A stretch of 64,000 nucleotides of DNA from Ideonella sp. MAG2 (GTDB taxonomy: Bacteria > Pseudomonadota > Gammaproteobacteria > Burkholderiales > Burkholderiaceae_C): the NCBI GenBank assembly GCA_004359425.1, contig PTEU01000002.1:462771-526770 (forward strand), read 5' to 3'. This document shows positions 1-9,621 of the stretch, one piece after another (the stretch's first letter is position 1; each line of letters begins with the position of its first letter). Made by a program: the position numbers and the translations under genes. A model generated the notes under the pieces. It was not told where the DNA came from. It made no database searches and saw nothing but the letters and a program-made list of their open reading frames with translations.

Positions 1-857
1 ATGGGCTCGTCTTGCATGAAGGCGTTCACGATGCCCCGCGCAGGCCGCCCCGTGAAGCGGTTGGTCAGCGCAGTCTGCTGGGCCGCCGGGCTTTGCAAGG
101 CCTGGCGATGCAACGCAGACGTGGTGGCTTCTGGGCACAGCAAATAGGCGGTGCCAATCTGCGCCGCCACCGCCCCCAGGGCCAACACTGCCGCTACCCC
201 TGCGGCATCGGCAATGCCTCCAGCGGCCACCACCGGCACCTCCACGGCGGCCAGCACCTGAGGCAGCAGCGCCAAAGTGTTGCACTGAAGGCTGAGGTCA
301 TCGCTCAAAAAGTGGCCTCGGTGGCCACCGGCCTCTAAGCCTTGGGCAATGACGACATCAGCACCGTGCGCCTGCAGCCAGCGCGCTTCTTCAACCGTGG
401 TGGCCGAAGACATCACCACCGCGCCCGTGGCCTTGACGCGGGCCAGCAGCGCGGCTGGTGGCAGGCCAAAGTGAAAGCTCACCACCGGCGGGCGAAAGGC
501 CTCGACCAAGGCGGCAGACTCGGCACTGAAGGGCTGGCGCGCGGCACTGAGCGGCAGGGCCGGGGCGTTCACGCCCCAGGCCACATAGTGCGGCGCCAAA
601 TGGTTGAGCCAAGCGGCTTCACGCGCCGGCTCGTGGGCGGGTGGTGTGTGGCAGAAAAAGTTGACCGCCCAGGGGCGGCCGCGCGCGCCGTCGGCCAAGG
701 CCTGCATTTGCGCAGCAAGCGCGTCAGGCGCCAACATGGCGGCCGGCAGCGAGCCCAGGCCGCCGCCTTCCATCACCGCGAGGGCCAAGCGGGCGTCTTG
801 CACCCCTGCCATGGGCGCTTGGATGATGGGCGCGGGCAATGCCCTCAGATCAAACAC
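1..857 (-). CDS. nitronate monooxygenase (NMO / 2-nitropropane dioxygenase family); 3' end runs off the window
   Basis: Hand translation of the minus strand from GTG at 857 (AGGGAGAG 5 nt upstream) gives VFDLRALPAPIIQAPMAGV...AQGLEAGGHRG...VVAAGGIADA...AAQIGTAYL. It is absent from the ORF track because it is cut by the window edge. Confidence 0.85.
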   Translation of the reverse strand, partial: MFDLRALPAPIIQAPMAGVQDARLALAVMEGGGLGSLPAAMLAPDALAAQMQALADGARGRPWAVNFFCHTPPAHEPAREAAWLNHLAPHYVAWGVNAPALPLSAARQPFSAESAALVEAFRPPVVSFHFGLPPAALLARVKATGAVVMSSATTVEEARWLQAHGADVVIAQGLEAGGHRGHFLSDDLSLQCNTLALLPQVLAAVEVPVVAAGGIADAAGVAAVLALGAVAAQIGTAYLLCPEATTSALHRQALQSPAAQQTALTNRFTGRPARGIVNAFMQDEP

Positions 858-994
858 AACATCTCTCCCTGGATCTAAAGTCGTCGGCTACACCGATCAG
901 GCTCTCATTGTCCCTTGGAACCTTGCTCAGCCCCGATAATGAGTGGCCGCCTTTCCCTCACGCTGTACCGTCTAGGGACTTTGTGGGTTTAGCC

Positions 995-1159
995 ATGAGC
1001 AATTGCCGCGACATTTCTAACTTTATCTGTGGCATCGCCGACCCTTTGCGGGGGCCTCATCGCCAGCCGCAATACGAGCGAGTGACATTGTCCTTAGTGG
1101 TGCTGAGCAAGCAAGCGGCCTTGTCAAAAGAAGGCGATGGGAGAGCGCACACCCTATGA
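995..1159 (+). pseudogene. hsdM: type I R-M methyltransferase (HsdM) 5' stub
   Basis: Inside ORF 839..1159, MSNCRDISNFICGIADPLRGPHRQPQYERVTLSLVVL resembles the HsdM N-terminal signature (FIWSxADxLRGxYxxxxYGxVILPxxVLRRLD). Similarity stops after ~40 aa. The ORF ends in an ATGA overlap with the next gene. Confidence 0.5.
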
Positions 1160-2608
1160 CCGCGCTGGAGCTGCTGCAAAGCCTGAACCTGCTCGACGAA
1201 ACCGAGCGCATCGAAGCCAAACGCGCCAGCGAGGCTGGCAAGTCGCTGCTGGAAACGGTGTGCGCCTTTGCCAACGAACCCGGCCTGGGTGGTGGCTGGT
1301 TGTTGCTGGGCGTGGTGCGCGAAGAGTTGGCCTTGTTTCCCAGCTACGAGGTGGAGGGTGTACCCCAACGACGACTTGGCTGTGTTCTACCAAGGCCGCC
1401 AGCGCGACAGCTTCGACGCCAGCCTGGTGCCCGACGCCACGCTGCACGACCTGGCTCCCGAAGCGCTGGCCGACTACCGCCAAGCCCGCGCCCAAGCCAA
1501 TCCCGACGCCGAAGAACTGCGCTGGACCGACGAAGAGCTGCTGCGCGCCCTGGGCTGCATCGGCCAAGTTGAGCGCGGCACATGGTGCCCCACCGTGGCC
1601 GGTGCCATGCTGTTTGGCACGCCGCAACTGCTGCGCCGCTGTTTCCCCATGACGCGGGTGGACTACATCCGCGTGCCCGGCCGCGAATGGGTGCCCGAGC
1701 CCGACCGCCGCTTTGACACCATCGAGCTGCGCGACCCGCTGTTCCGCCTGATCCGCCGCGCCCAGGCCGCTGTGCTGGACGACCTGCCCAAAGGCTTTGC
1801 GCTGCCAGAAGGCGACCTGCAGCGCCAAGATAAGCCCGTAATCCCCCAGCGTGTCATCCGTGAGGCGTTGGTCAATGCCACGCTATTCGAATCTGACCGG
1901 GGCAACGACCAGTTTGTGGCCCGCTACTTCTTCCACCACTTTTTGGGCACTGACGACGTCACCTGGCTGGCCCAGTTCAAAGACGCCCTGCTCAGCCCCG
2001 ACGAAGCCAAGGCCCTGATCGTGGTGCGCGAGGCCGGTGCCATCGACAACGCTGCCTACCGCGCTCTGAACAAGGTGGACACCCTGGCCGCCAGCGCCAC
2101 CCTGCGCCGCCTGCGCGACGCTGGCCTGCTGCAACAAAAGGGGCGCGGCTCGGCCACCTACTATGTGCCGGCCGAACGCATGAGCTTGGTAGATAAGCCG
2201 GGGGAGGACGGTGCCAACAGCGCCTTGTCTGGTAACCCCCTGGGCTTATCTAGCAAGCCAGAGGGCTTATCTAGCAACCCCAGCGCCTTATCTAGCAACC
2301 CCCAAGCAACCGAGCATGACGCCGCCCGCGCCGCGCTCCTAGACGCCTTGCCCGGCTCACTGGCGGCCCGCCTGGGTGCCATCGGCCAGCGCCACCCGCC
2401 CCAGGAAGTTCAAGACCTGGTCGTCGCCTTGTGCGCCTTGCGCGACTGGCCGGTGAACGAACTGGCCCTGGTGCTGCGCCGCAACCCCGAGGTGGTACGG
2501 CAGAACTATCTGCGCCCACTGATGCGCGACGGCCGACTGGCGATGACTAGGCCGGAGGAACCAAATAGTCCTGGGCAAGCGTATCGGGCGGTGGACGGCG
2601 AGCGATGA
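1156..2608 (+). pseudogene. AlbA_2/'RecG-like' putative ATP-dependent DNA-binding protein, frameshifted with two internal deletions
   Basis: The N-terminus (ORF 1156..1572: ERIEAKRASE..ETVCAFANEPGLGGGWLLLGV..YEVEGV) continues in another frame (ORF 1268..2608) from about 1365 as DDLAVFYQGRQ...DYIRVPG...VIREALVNA. It then jumps straight to LFESDRGNDQFVARYFFHHFLG at about 1880, so the HATPase-like middle is missing. Confidence 0.7.
2221..2303 (+). repeat. 4 x 21-nt in-frame tandem repeat (ALSGNPL/GLSSKPE/GLSSNPS/ALSSNPQ)
   Basis: Direct reading shows gccttgtctggtaacccc / ggcttatctagcaagcc / ggcttatctagcaacccc / gccttatctagcaacccc with a 21-nt period. Confidence 0.8.
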
Positions 2609-2754
2609 CTTCACCCAGCCCACACAAGTTCGCCGACACGAACGTCAGCATGCAAGCAATGTCCCGCCCAGATGGTTCAGCCTAGGTCGGTCAGAAAGAC
2701 ATCCAATCCCTAACAGGCAAGCTCTTAGCAAGCAGGGGTAGGTGCAAGGGTCAC

Positions 2755-4122
2755 CTAGATCAGCCCTCTGAGCACGTCAATCGCTTGCTCAATCCGGTCC
2801 ACCGGATGAATGGTCAGCCCTTCAATGGCCTTTTTGGGCGCATTGGCACGCGGCACCACAGCGACAGAGAAGCCCAGCTTGGCGGCTTCTTTGAGCCGCT
2901 CTTGGCCGCGCGGCGCGGGCCGCACCTCGCCCGCCAAGCCCACCTCGCCAAAGGCGATGAAACCGCGCGGCAGCGGCTTGCCGCGCAAGCTGCTTTGAAT
3001 GGCCAGCAGCACGGCCAAGTCAGCTGCAGGCTCGGTGATGCGCACGCCACCCACAGCGTTGACGAACACGTCTTGGTCGGCACAAGAGACGCCCGCATGG
3101 CGGTGCAACACCGCCAGCAGCATGGCCAGGCGGTCGCGGTCCAGGCCCACACTCAGGCGGCGCGGGCTGGGGCCGCCGCTGTCCACCAGGGCTTGAATCT
3201 CCACCAGCAAGGGTCGCGTGCCTTCGAGTGTGACCAGCACGCAAGAGCCGGGCACGGGCTCGTCGTGGGTCGATAAAAAGATGGCGCTGGGGTTGGAGAC
3301 ACCTTTGAGGCCGCGCTCTGTCATCGCGAACACGCCGATCTCGTTGACAGCGCCAAAGCGGTTTTTGATGGCCCGCACCAGGCGGAAGCTGCTGTGGGTG
3401 TCGCCCTCGAAATAGAGCACGGTGTCGACGATGTGCTCCAGCACACGCGGCCCGGCCAGCGCGCCTTCTTTGGTGACATGGCCCACCAACACCATGGCGC
3501 AACCCCGGGCCTTGGCCACCCGCGTCAGTTGCGCCGCACATTCGCGCACCTGGGCCACAGAGCCGGGCGCGCTGGAGAGCTGGTCTGAGTAGAGCGTTTG
3601 AATAGAGTCAATGACGCAAAAGCGCGGCTGCTCGGCCTCGATGGTGGCCAGGATCTTTTCGAGGTGGATCTCGGCCACCACGCGCACGTGCTGGCCGGAC
3701 AAGTCCATGCGCCGAGCGCGCATCGCTACTTGCGCAGCGGACTCTTCACCCGTGACGTACAGCACAGGAATGCGGGTGCTCAAGGCCTCTACGGCCTGCA
3801 GCAAGAGGGTCGATTTGCCAATGCCAGGGTCGCCGCCGATCAGTACCACCCCGCCTTCGACAATGCCGCCACCCAGCACGCGGTCCAGTTCGTCCAAACC
3901 CGTGGGTGTGCGCTCTACATCCGAGGCTTCGATGGCCGCCAGGGTGGTCACCGGCTGCGAGCTGGCCAGCGCGGTGAAACGGTTCTTGGACGGCCCGGCC
4001 GCAGGCTCAGCCACCCCTTCTTCCAGCGTGTTCCAGGCCTTGCAATGGGGGCACTGGCCCAGCCATTTGGGGCTGGTGCCGCCGCACTCGTTGCAGGTGT
4101 AGAGGGTTTTGACGCGGGACAT
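2755..4122 (-). CDS. radA: DNA repair protein RadA/Sms
   Basis: ORF 2755..4209. The likely start is the internal ATG at 4122 (MSRVKTLYTCNECGGTSPKWLGQCPHCKAWNTLEE zinc ribbon). It has Walker A GGDPGIGKST, KNRFG and a Lon-like C-terminus. Length is 455 aa. Confidence 0.95.
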   Translation of the reverse strand: MSRVKTLYTCNECGGTSPKWLGQCPHCKAWNTLEEGVAEPAAGPSKNRFTALASSQPVTTLAAIEASDVERTPTGLDELDRVLGGGIVEGGVVLIGGDPGIGKSTLLLQAVEALSTRIPVLYVTGEESAAQVAMRARRMDLSGQHVRVVAEIHLEKILATIEAEQPRFCVIDSIQTLYSDQLSSAPGSVAQVRECAAQLTRVAKARGCAMVLVGHVTKEGALAGPRVLEHIVDTVLYFEGDTHSSFRLVRAIKNRFGAVNEIGVFAMTERGLKGVSNPSAIFLSTHDEPVPGSCVLVTLEGTRPLLVEIQALVDSGGPSPRRLSVGLDRDRLAMLLAVLHRHAGVSCADQDVFVNAVGGVRITEPAADLAVLLAIQSSLRGKPLPRGFIAFGEVGLAGEVRPAPRGQERLKEAAKLGFSVAVVPRANAPKKAIEGLTIHPVDRIEQAIDVLRGLI

Positions 4123-4292
4123 GGCAAAAACGTAATCAGGTGTGAAGCCCGCAAGAAGGCGGGCAAAGTCCGCGTCATTCTCGCAGCAGTGCAGCGTGTT
4201 CTCTGCCACAGTGGGCGCTCATTCTCCGCATGCGAGTTGACGGTGAGCTTGATCCCACCCTTCCCGCCGCGCTAGACCACCCCGCCACAGCC

Positions 4293-5855
4293 ATGCCACG
4301 TATTTCTCCCGCCATGCCCGCCACTGCCTCATTCGCCGCCCAGCGTGCTCGGCTCGCTTGGTGGATGGTGGGTGTCGGCTTTTTAAGTCTGTCGGCCTGT
4401 GGCGGTGGGGGAGGTGGCGCCCAAGCCGACCCGATCTCGGGCAGCCCGCCCCCCACGTCCAGCCCATCACCCTCCCCGTCCCCGGCGCCATCCCCTTCAC
4501 CCACGCCTTCTCCGGCCCCCTCACCAGCCCCCACGCCCTCGCCCAGCCCGCCGCCCACCGCCGTGGTGTGGGTGGGGCCAGCCAGCACTGCGCCGCAAGG
4601 GGCCAGCGTGCGTGCCAGTTTGCAGTCCGTGCCCTGGGCCACACTGCCCGCAGGCGCACTCATATTGGTTGGCCCAGGGGAGCAAGCCGGCCCCATCACC
4701 ATCAGCAGCCAAGGCACTGCCGCCCAACCGGTTGAGGTCCGTGCGGCGGACGCCAGCAACCCGCCCGTGGTCACCAGCTCTATCGACTTTCAGGGTGCGG
4801 CCCATGTCAAGCTCAAAGGCTTTGTGGTGTCGGGCTCGCCCTGGGGCGCGGTGGTCATCCGCCGTGGCAGCCACCACATCACCATTGAGGGGAACACCCT
4901 CAAAAAGTCATACATGGGGGTGAACATCAGCGATGGTGCGGGCGAGGGCCTCCAGGTCATTGACAACCTGATTGAAGACAACGAGACCCACGGCATTGCC
5001 ATTGCCATGGAAAACACCGCCCAAGCCGCCACTTCGCGCCTGGCGGGCAATACCATCCGCCGCAACGGGCACCATGGCGTAGAGGTGCAGTCCTCGTACT
5101 ACGTCATTGAGCGCAATGTGGTGAGTGAAAACGGGCGCGGCATCGGCGGGGCCTCGGGCATTCACCTCTTCAGCCGCAATGCTGCCGAGAACTCCGGCGA
5201 CCACAACATCATTCGCTACAACTTCAGCTTCAACAACGTAGACCAATTGCTGCACTGGGATGGCAACGGCATCCAGGTCGACCAATGGTGTGACAGCAAT
5301 TTGGTGGCCTACAACGTGGCCTGGGGCAATGACGGCGCGGGGCTGATCCTGTTCGACACCATCAACAATGTGGCCCACAACAACACCTTGGTAGGCAATG
5401 CGCAAGACAGTGGCCGCACGGCCAGCGCCACGGGTGACTTGATCCTTAGCAGCTCGGCAGCCGGGTCCTACCGCAACGCCAACAATCGGGTGTACAACAA
5501 CCTCATTGTGGCCCGGCGCAGTGGGGCTGCAGGGCTGACCATAGACCACGCCACCGCCGCCAACGCCAACCAATTTGGCCCCAATCTGTGGGCCCCACAC
5601 CCTGAAGGCAGCGCCGTGGTGCGCAAGGGCAACGCCACCGCCCGCAGCGCCAGCGAAGTGGACAGCTTGCTGGGCAGCAGTGGCAATGCGGTGGAGACGC
5701 TGTCCTTCAGCGACCCCAGCGCGCCGCTCAACCACGGCTTGGCGCTCACCCGCCCGCCCTCTCGCAGCGGCACGACCCCCAGCGACAATGACCTGTTGGG
5801 CACCGCCCCGCAGGCGGGGTACAGCTTTTTTGGGGCCTACTACACCGCCCCCTGA
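4293..5855 (+). CDS. lipoprotein with right-handed parallel beta-helix repeats (NosD/pectate-lyase-like fold)
   Basis: ORF 4230..5855; ATG at 4293 gives a signal plus lipobox LSLSACGGGGGG. A Ser/Pro/Thr/Ala linker follows, then repeated ..GN.I..N...GI.. beta-helix units. It is a paralogue of 6582..8144. Confidence 0.75.
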   Translation: MPRISPAMPATASFAAQRARLAWWMVGVGFLSLSACGGGGGGAQADPISGSPPPTSSPSPSPSPAPSPSPTPSPAPSPAPTPSPSPPPTAVVWVGPASTAPQGASVRASLQSVPWATLPAGALILVGPGEQAGPITISSQGTAAQPVEVRAADASNPPVVTSSIDFQGAAHVKLKGFVVSGSPWGAVVIRRGSHHITIEGNTLKKSYMGVNISDGAGEGLQVIDNLIEDNETHGIAIAMENTAQAATSRLAGNTIRRNGHHGVEVQSSYYVIERNVVSENGRGIGGASGIHLFSRNAAENSGDHNIIRYNFSFNNVDQLLHWDGNGIQVDQWCDSNLVAYNVAWGNDGAGLILFDTINNVAHNNTLVGNAQDSGRTASATGDLILSSSAAGSYRNANNRVYNNLIVARRSGAAGLTIDHATAANANQFGPNLWAPHPEGSAVVRKGNATARSASEVDSLLGSSGNAVETLSFSDPSAPLNHGLALTRPPSRSGTTPSDNDLLGTAPQAGYSFFGAYYTAP

Positions 5856-5923
5856 AGACCAGCCTCAAGATTGGCCAGCTCCCTCCTCTACACTGAGGGC
5901 AAGCCTTCTTCAGTGGAACCTCA

Positions 5924-6547
5924 ATGACTTTTGATGCGTGGTGGCCGTTCTTTGTAGCCACGGTGTTGATCAGCCTCTCACCCGGCCCTGGGGCCATTGC
6001 CGCCATGGGTGCGGGCCTGAACCACGGCTTTGCACGCGGGCAGCGCATTGCTTTGGGCCTGATGCTGGGTGTGTGGACGCAACTGCTGGTGGTTGGTGTG
6101 GGGCTGGGTGCCTTGCTGGCCACATCCACGGTGGCGTTTGCCGTGGTCAAGTGGTTGGGCGTGGCTTATCTGGTCTGGCTGGGCATCCAACAATGGCGGG
6201 CTCCGGCCAAGCCCTTGCTGGAAGGCAAGCCGGGTACGCAGGCCCGTGGTGAGCTGCTGCTCAGAGGCTGGTCGGTGAATGCCATCAACCCCAAGGGCAC
6301 GGTGTTTTTGTTGGCGGTGATGCCGCAGTTTTTAGACCCCCAGGCTGCACTACCGGCGCAATACCTCACCATTGCGGCCACCTTTGGCGCGGTGGAGTTT
6401 GCGGTGATGACCGGCTACGTGGCCTTGGCCGCGCGGCTCTTGGGTTGGCTGCAATCTCCACGGCAGATGCAGTGGATGAGTCGCTGCTTCGGCAGCCTGT
6501 TCATTCTGGCTGGCCTGGCTTTGGCGCGCTTTCACCGCCACGCCTGA
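5924..6547 (+). CDS. LysE/RhtB family amino-acid exporter
   Basis: 207 aa, ~6 TM, with an N-terminal ISLSPGPG motif typical of the LysE family. Confidence 0.85.
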   Translation: MTFDAWWPFFVATVLISLSPGPGAIAAMGAGLNHGFARGQRIALGLMLGVWTQLLVVGVGLGALLATSTVAFAVVKWLGVAYLVWLGIQQWRAPAKPLLEGKPGTQARGELLLRGWSVNAINPKGTVFLLAVMPQFLDPQAALPAQYLTIAATFGAVEFAVMTGYVALAARLLGWLQSPRQMQWMSRCFGSLFILAGLALARFHRHA

Positions 6548-6581
6548 GCAGGCCGGGCGCTGGGGCAAACACCCCCCCAAT

Positions 6582-8144
6582 GTGCCGTTAGCTGGGCCGC
6601 GTGGCTGGCTGGATAATCGCCGCGCCTATCGTTGGGAGATTCTCTTGCACCGCCCCTTGACGCTTGCGGCCCACAGAGCCGCTGCGGCCGCTTGGCCGCC
6701 CCTATTTTCTCGGCTGTTCACGGTTGCGCTGAGCACCCTGCTGCTGGCCTGCGGCGGTGGCACCGACGAAGCCCGCACCCAAAGCGCCTCTACCGCCCCC
6801 TTACACGCTCAGCCACTGGCGGCTGATGTAGCCCCGGCCGCCACCGCCCTGGTGTGGGTTGGCCCGGCCAGCGGGGCACCAGCAGGGGCCAAGGTTTACA
6901 GCCATCTTCAGGGGGTACCTTGGGGAAGTTTGGCCGCGGGCACCTTGGTCCAAGTGGCCCCGGGCACTTATGCGGGGCCGGTGACCATTACCAGCGTGGG
7001 CACGGCCAGCGCACCGATTGAGATACAAGCCGCCAACCCCAGCGCTGCACCGTTGGTGACCAGTGCTTTTGACTTTCAAGGGGCGGCCCATGTGCGGCTC
7101 AAGGGCTTTGTGGTTGATGGTTCGCCTTGGGGTGCGGTGGTTTTGCGCCGAGGCAGCCACCATGTCACCGTGCAAGGCAACACCTTGCGCCGCTCTTATA
7201 TGGGCGTGGACGTGAGCGATGGTGCCGGTGAGGCCTTGAACATCGACGCCAACCTCATTGAAGACAATCGCACCCACGGCATTTCGGTGGGGCAGCTCAC
7301 CTCGCCCACGGCCATAGCCTCGCGCATCGGGGGCAACACCATCCGGCGCAACGGCCACCATGGCATAGAGCTGCGCAGCTCCCGCTGGGTGATTGAGCAC
7401 AACATCGTCAGCGAGCACGGCAGCGGCATCGGCGGAGCCACGGGCATTCACCTCTACAGTGCCAGCCCCAGCGAAGACAGCGGTGACGACAACATCATTC
7501 GCTACAACTTCAGCTACGCCAATCGCGACCGCATCTTGCACTGGGACGGCAATGGCATTCAGGCCGACCTCTGGTGCGACCGCAACATCATTGCCTACAA
7601 CGTGGTGTGGGCCAATGACGGTGCGGGCATTGCGCTGCTGGACTCCGCCAGCAACGAGGTCTATGGCAATACCGTTTACGACAACGGGCAGGACCTGGGG
7701 CGAGCCGCGAGCAACACGGGCGAAATCACCCTGAGCAAGGCCCCCAGCACGGTGGCCAACCGCACGAGCAACAACAAGGTCTACAACAATGTGTTGTCGG
7801 TAAGGCGTAGCAACGTTGCCGCGCTCAGTGTGGACACAGCCGCCGCCACGGGCAGCAATACCCTTGGCCCCAACCTTTACGCACCCCACCCCTATGCACA
7901 CCCGGTGCTGCGAAAAGGTACCCAGCTCGCCAAGACATTGACCGAGGTGAACACCCTCAGTGGTGTCAAAGGCAATGTGCTAGAGCCCGTGCTCTGGAAG
8001 AACCCAGCCAACCCTCTGGGCCATGGTTTGGCCTTGAGCCAAGCGCCTTCCAAGGTCGGCAAAAGGCCCAGTGCGCCCGATATGCTGGGCGTGGCTCCCA
8101 CTGCCGGCCTCAGCTACTTTGGGGCCTACTACACGCCGCGCTGA
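6582..8144 (+). CDS. lipoprotein with right-handed parallel beta-helix repeats (paralogue of 4293..5855)
   Basis: GTG start (uncertain) and lipobox LLLACGGG. It is collinear with the first copy: VWVGPAS...FDFQGAAHV.LKGFVV.GSPWGAVV.RRGSHH.T..GNTL..SYMGV..SDGAGE...FGAYYT. Confidence 0.75.
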   Translation: MPLAGPRGWLDNRRAYRWEILLHRPLTLAAHRAAAAAWPPLFSRLFTVALSTLLLACGGGTDEARTQSASTAPLHAQPLAADVAPAATALVWVGPASGAPAGAKVYSHLQGVPWGSLAAGTLVQVAPGTYAGPVTITSVGTASAPIEIQAANPSAAPLVTSAFDFQGAAHVRLKGFVVDGSPWGAVVLRRGSHHVTVQGNTLRRSYMGVDVSDGAGEALNIDANLIEDNRTHGISVGQLTSPTAIASRIGGNTIRRNGHHGIELRSSRWVIEHNIVSEHGSGIGGATGIHLYSASPSEDSGDDNIIRYNFSYANRDRILHWDGNGIQADLWCDRNIIAYNVVWANDGAGIALLDSASNEVYGNTVYDNGQDLGRAASNTGEITLSKAPSTVANRTSNNKVYNNVLSVRRSNVAALSVDTAAATGSNTLGPNLYAPHPYAHPVLRKGTQLAKTLTEVNTLSGVKGNVLEPVLWKNPANPLGHGLALSQAPSKVGKRPSAPDMLGVAPTAGLSYFGAYYTPR

Positions 8145-8187
8145 ACGCCCCACAGGCTAAACCCAGCCTGTGGGACACTCCCGCGCC

Positions 8188-8991
8188 ATGAGTGCTGTTC
8201 CACCCAAAGACTGGGTCCAGATCCTGGCCCACGCTCTGCGCCCGCTGCGCGGCGTGCTGACCGATATCGACGACACGCTGACCCGCAATGGAGCCATTGA
8301 GCCCTCTGCCCTGAACGCTTTGCAGCAACTGGCTGCGGCACACATTCCGGTGATCGCCATCACCGGCCGCCCGGCAGGCTGGAGCGAGGCCTTTGCGCAA
8401 ACCTGGCCCGTGCGCGGCATCGTGGCCGAGAACGGTGCCGTGCTGCTGACGGCACCACAGGGCCGCCTTGAGCACCACTTCACCCAAGACGCGGCCACCC
8501 GCCAAGCCAACTTTGCGCGGCTGCAAGCCTGTGCTGCTGACGTACTGCGCCAAGTGCCCGGCAGCCACCTGGCCAGCGACAGCGCCGGGCGCCTGACCGA
8601 CATTGCCGTGGACCACAGCGAGCATCACCACCTGAGCGCCACGCAGATCGAGCAGGTGGTTTCAGTGATGCGCGCCCACGGCCTGACCGCCACCGTCAGC
8701 TCCATCCACATCAACGGCTGGATCGGTGCGCACAACAAATGGACCGCCGCCCAGTGGGCCGTGCCGCTGCTATGCGGCGTGGCGTTTGCCCCTAAAGAAT
8801 GGCTGTATGTCGGCGACTCCAGCAACGACCAAATCATGTTCCAGCACATGCCCCTGAGCGTGGGCGTGGCCAATATTGCGCGCTTTGTGCCCCTACTGCA
8901 GCATCTGCCGAGCTACGTGACCCGAGGGGAGCGCGGGCAAGGGTTTGCGGAGGTGGCTGCCGCTGTGCTGATGGCAAGGGGTGGTGACTAG
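8188..8991 (+). CDS. HAD-IIB family hydrolase (sugar-phosphate phosphatase-like)
   Basis: ORF 8170..8991 (GTG); ATG at 8188. It has the DxD motif LTDIDDTLT, then VIAITGRP and GDSSNDQ. Confidence 0.75.
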   Translation: MSAVPPKDWVQILAHALRPLRGVLTDIDDTLTRNGAIEPSALNALQQLAAAHIPVIAITGRPAGWSEAFAQTWPVRGIVAENGAVLLTAPQGRLEHHFTQDAATRQANFARLQACAADVLRQVPGSHLASDSAGRLTDIAVDHSEHHHLSATQIEQVVSVMRAHGLTATVSSIHINGWIGAHNKWTAAQWAVPLLCGVAFAPKEWLYVGDSSNDQIMFQHMPLSVGVANIARFVPLLQHLPSYVTRGERGQGFAEVAAAVLMARGGD

Positions 8992-9060
8992 GACCTGCCA
9001 GTGCAACCGCAAGGCTTCAGGTCATTGGGTCCACGAAAACTGGGCTTCTTGACAGCTTCG

Positions 9061-9528
9061 CTAGGCACAGCAGTGTCCATGGCGAATGCAAACCTTGCCG
9101 CTGAATTTGGGGGTTGATCGCCACTCATCTGGTCTCGCTGAATCCCCAACACCACCGCGCCATACCCAAGTTACCTCAACATCGTTTTTGTACGACTCGC
9201 TTACTAGGGTCGGGAATAGTTCAGACATATAAAACTCCCCGGCTAAACCATCGTTTGGCAAGAGTCTCTCGGTGCCTTCAAGCTTTGTTGGACTCTGCCC
9301 GAGCCTATATGCCGTCAACTGGAAACTGAGGAGTGAGGGTGACCAAGGCAATGTCTCCCGAAGAATCAAAATGGAATCGTCACTCTGATTGTGAACACCC
9401 AACTTCAAGACAGGCTTGTCGGCAGGTGCTGTGTGGCTGCAAACGACTTCAAGAACGAGGCCAGCACGGTCGGTAGCAAAAGCAGCTATAGGAAAAATAC
9501 ACAACCAAATCACGAACAAGTGCCGCAT
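9061..9528 (-). CDS. hypothetical secreted protein (155 aa)
   Basis: N-terminal signal MRHLFVIWLCIFPIAAFA. The region is ~50% GC. No domain recognised. Confidence 0.5.
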   Translation of the reverse strand: MRHLFVIWLCIFPIAAFATDRAGLVLEVVCSHTAPADKPVLKLGVHNQSDDSILILRETLPWSPSLLSFQLTAYRLGQSPTKLEGTERLLPNDGLAGEFYMSELFPTLVSESYKNDVEVTWVWRGGVGDSARPDEWRSTPKFSGKVCIRHGHCCA

Positions 9529-9621
9529 GCATTGCCTAATGAAGAGCTAAACGGCGCTGTGCGGCTCTATGACGCGGCGTCCAGCGACCGACCGGAGTGA
9601 GGTTGAACGGCATGCCAATGC

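Noticed and set aside
4440-4560. Short periodic DNA repeats that might suggest a CRISPR or VNTR locus (also at 19880..19990)
   Set aside because: They are in-frame Pro/Ser/Thr/Ala codon repeats inside lipoprotein linkers, with no repeat-spacer architecture. No CRISPR array was found anywhere in the window.
4908-7901. Long minus-strand ORFs 4908..5735 and 6801..7901
   Set aside because: They are antisense to the two beta-helix lipoprotein genes, and the paralogue conservation is in the plus frames.
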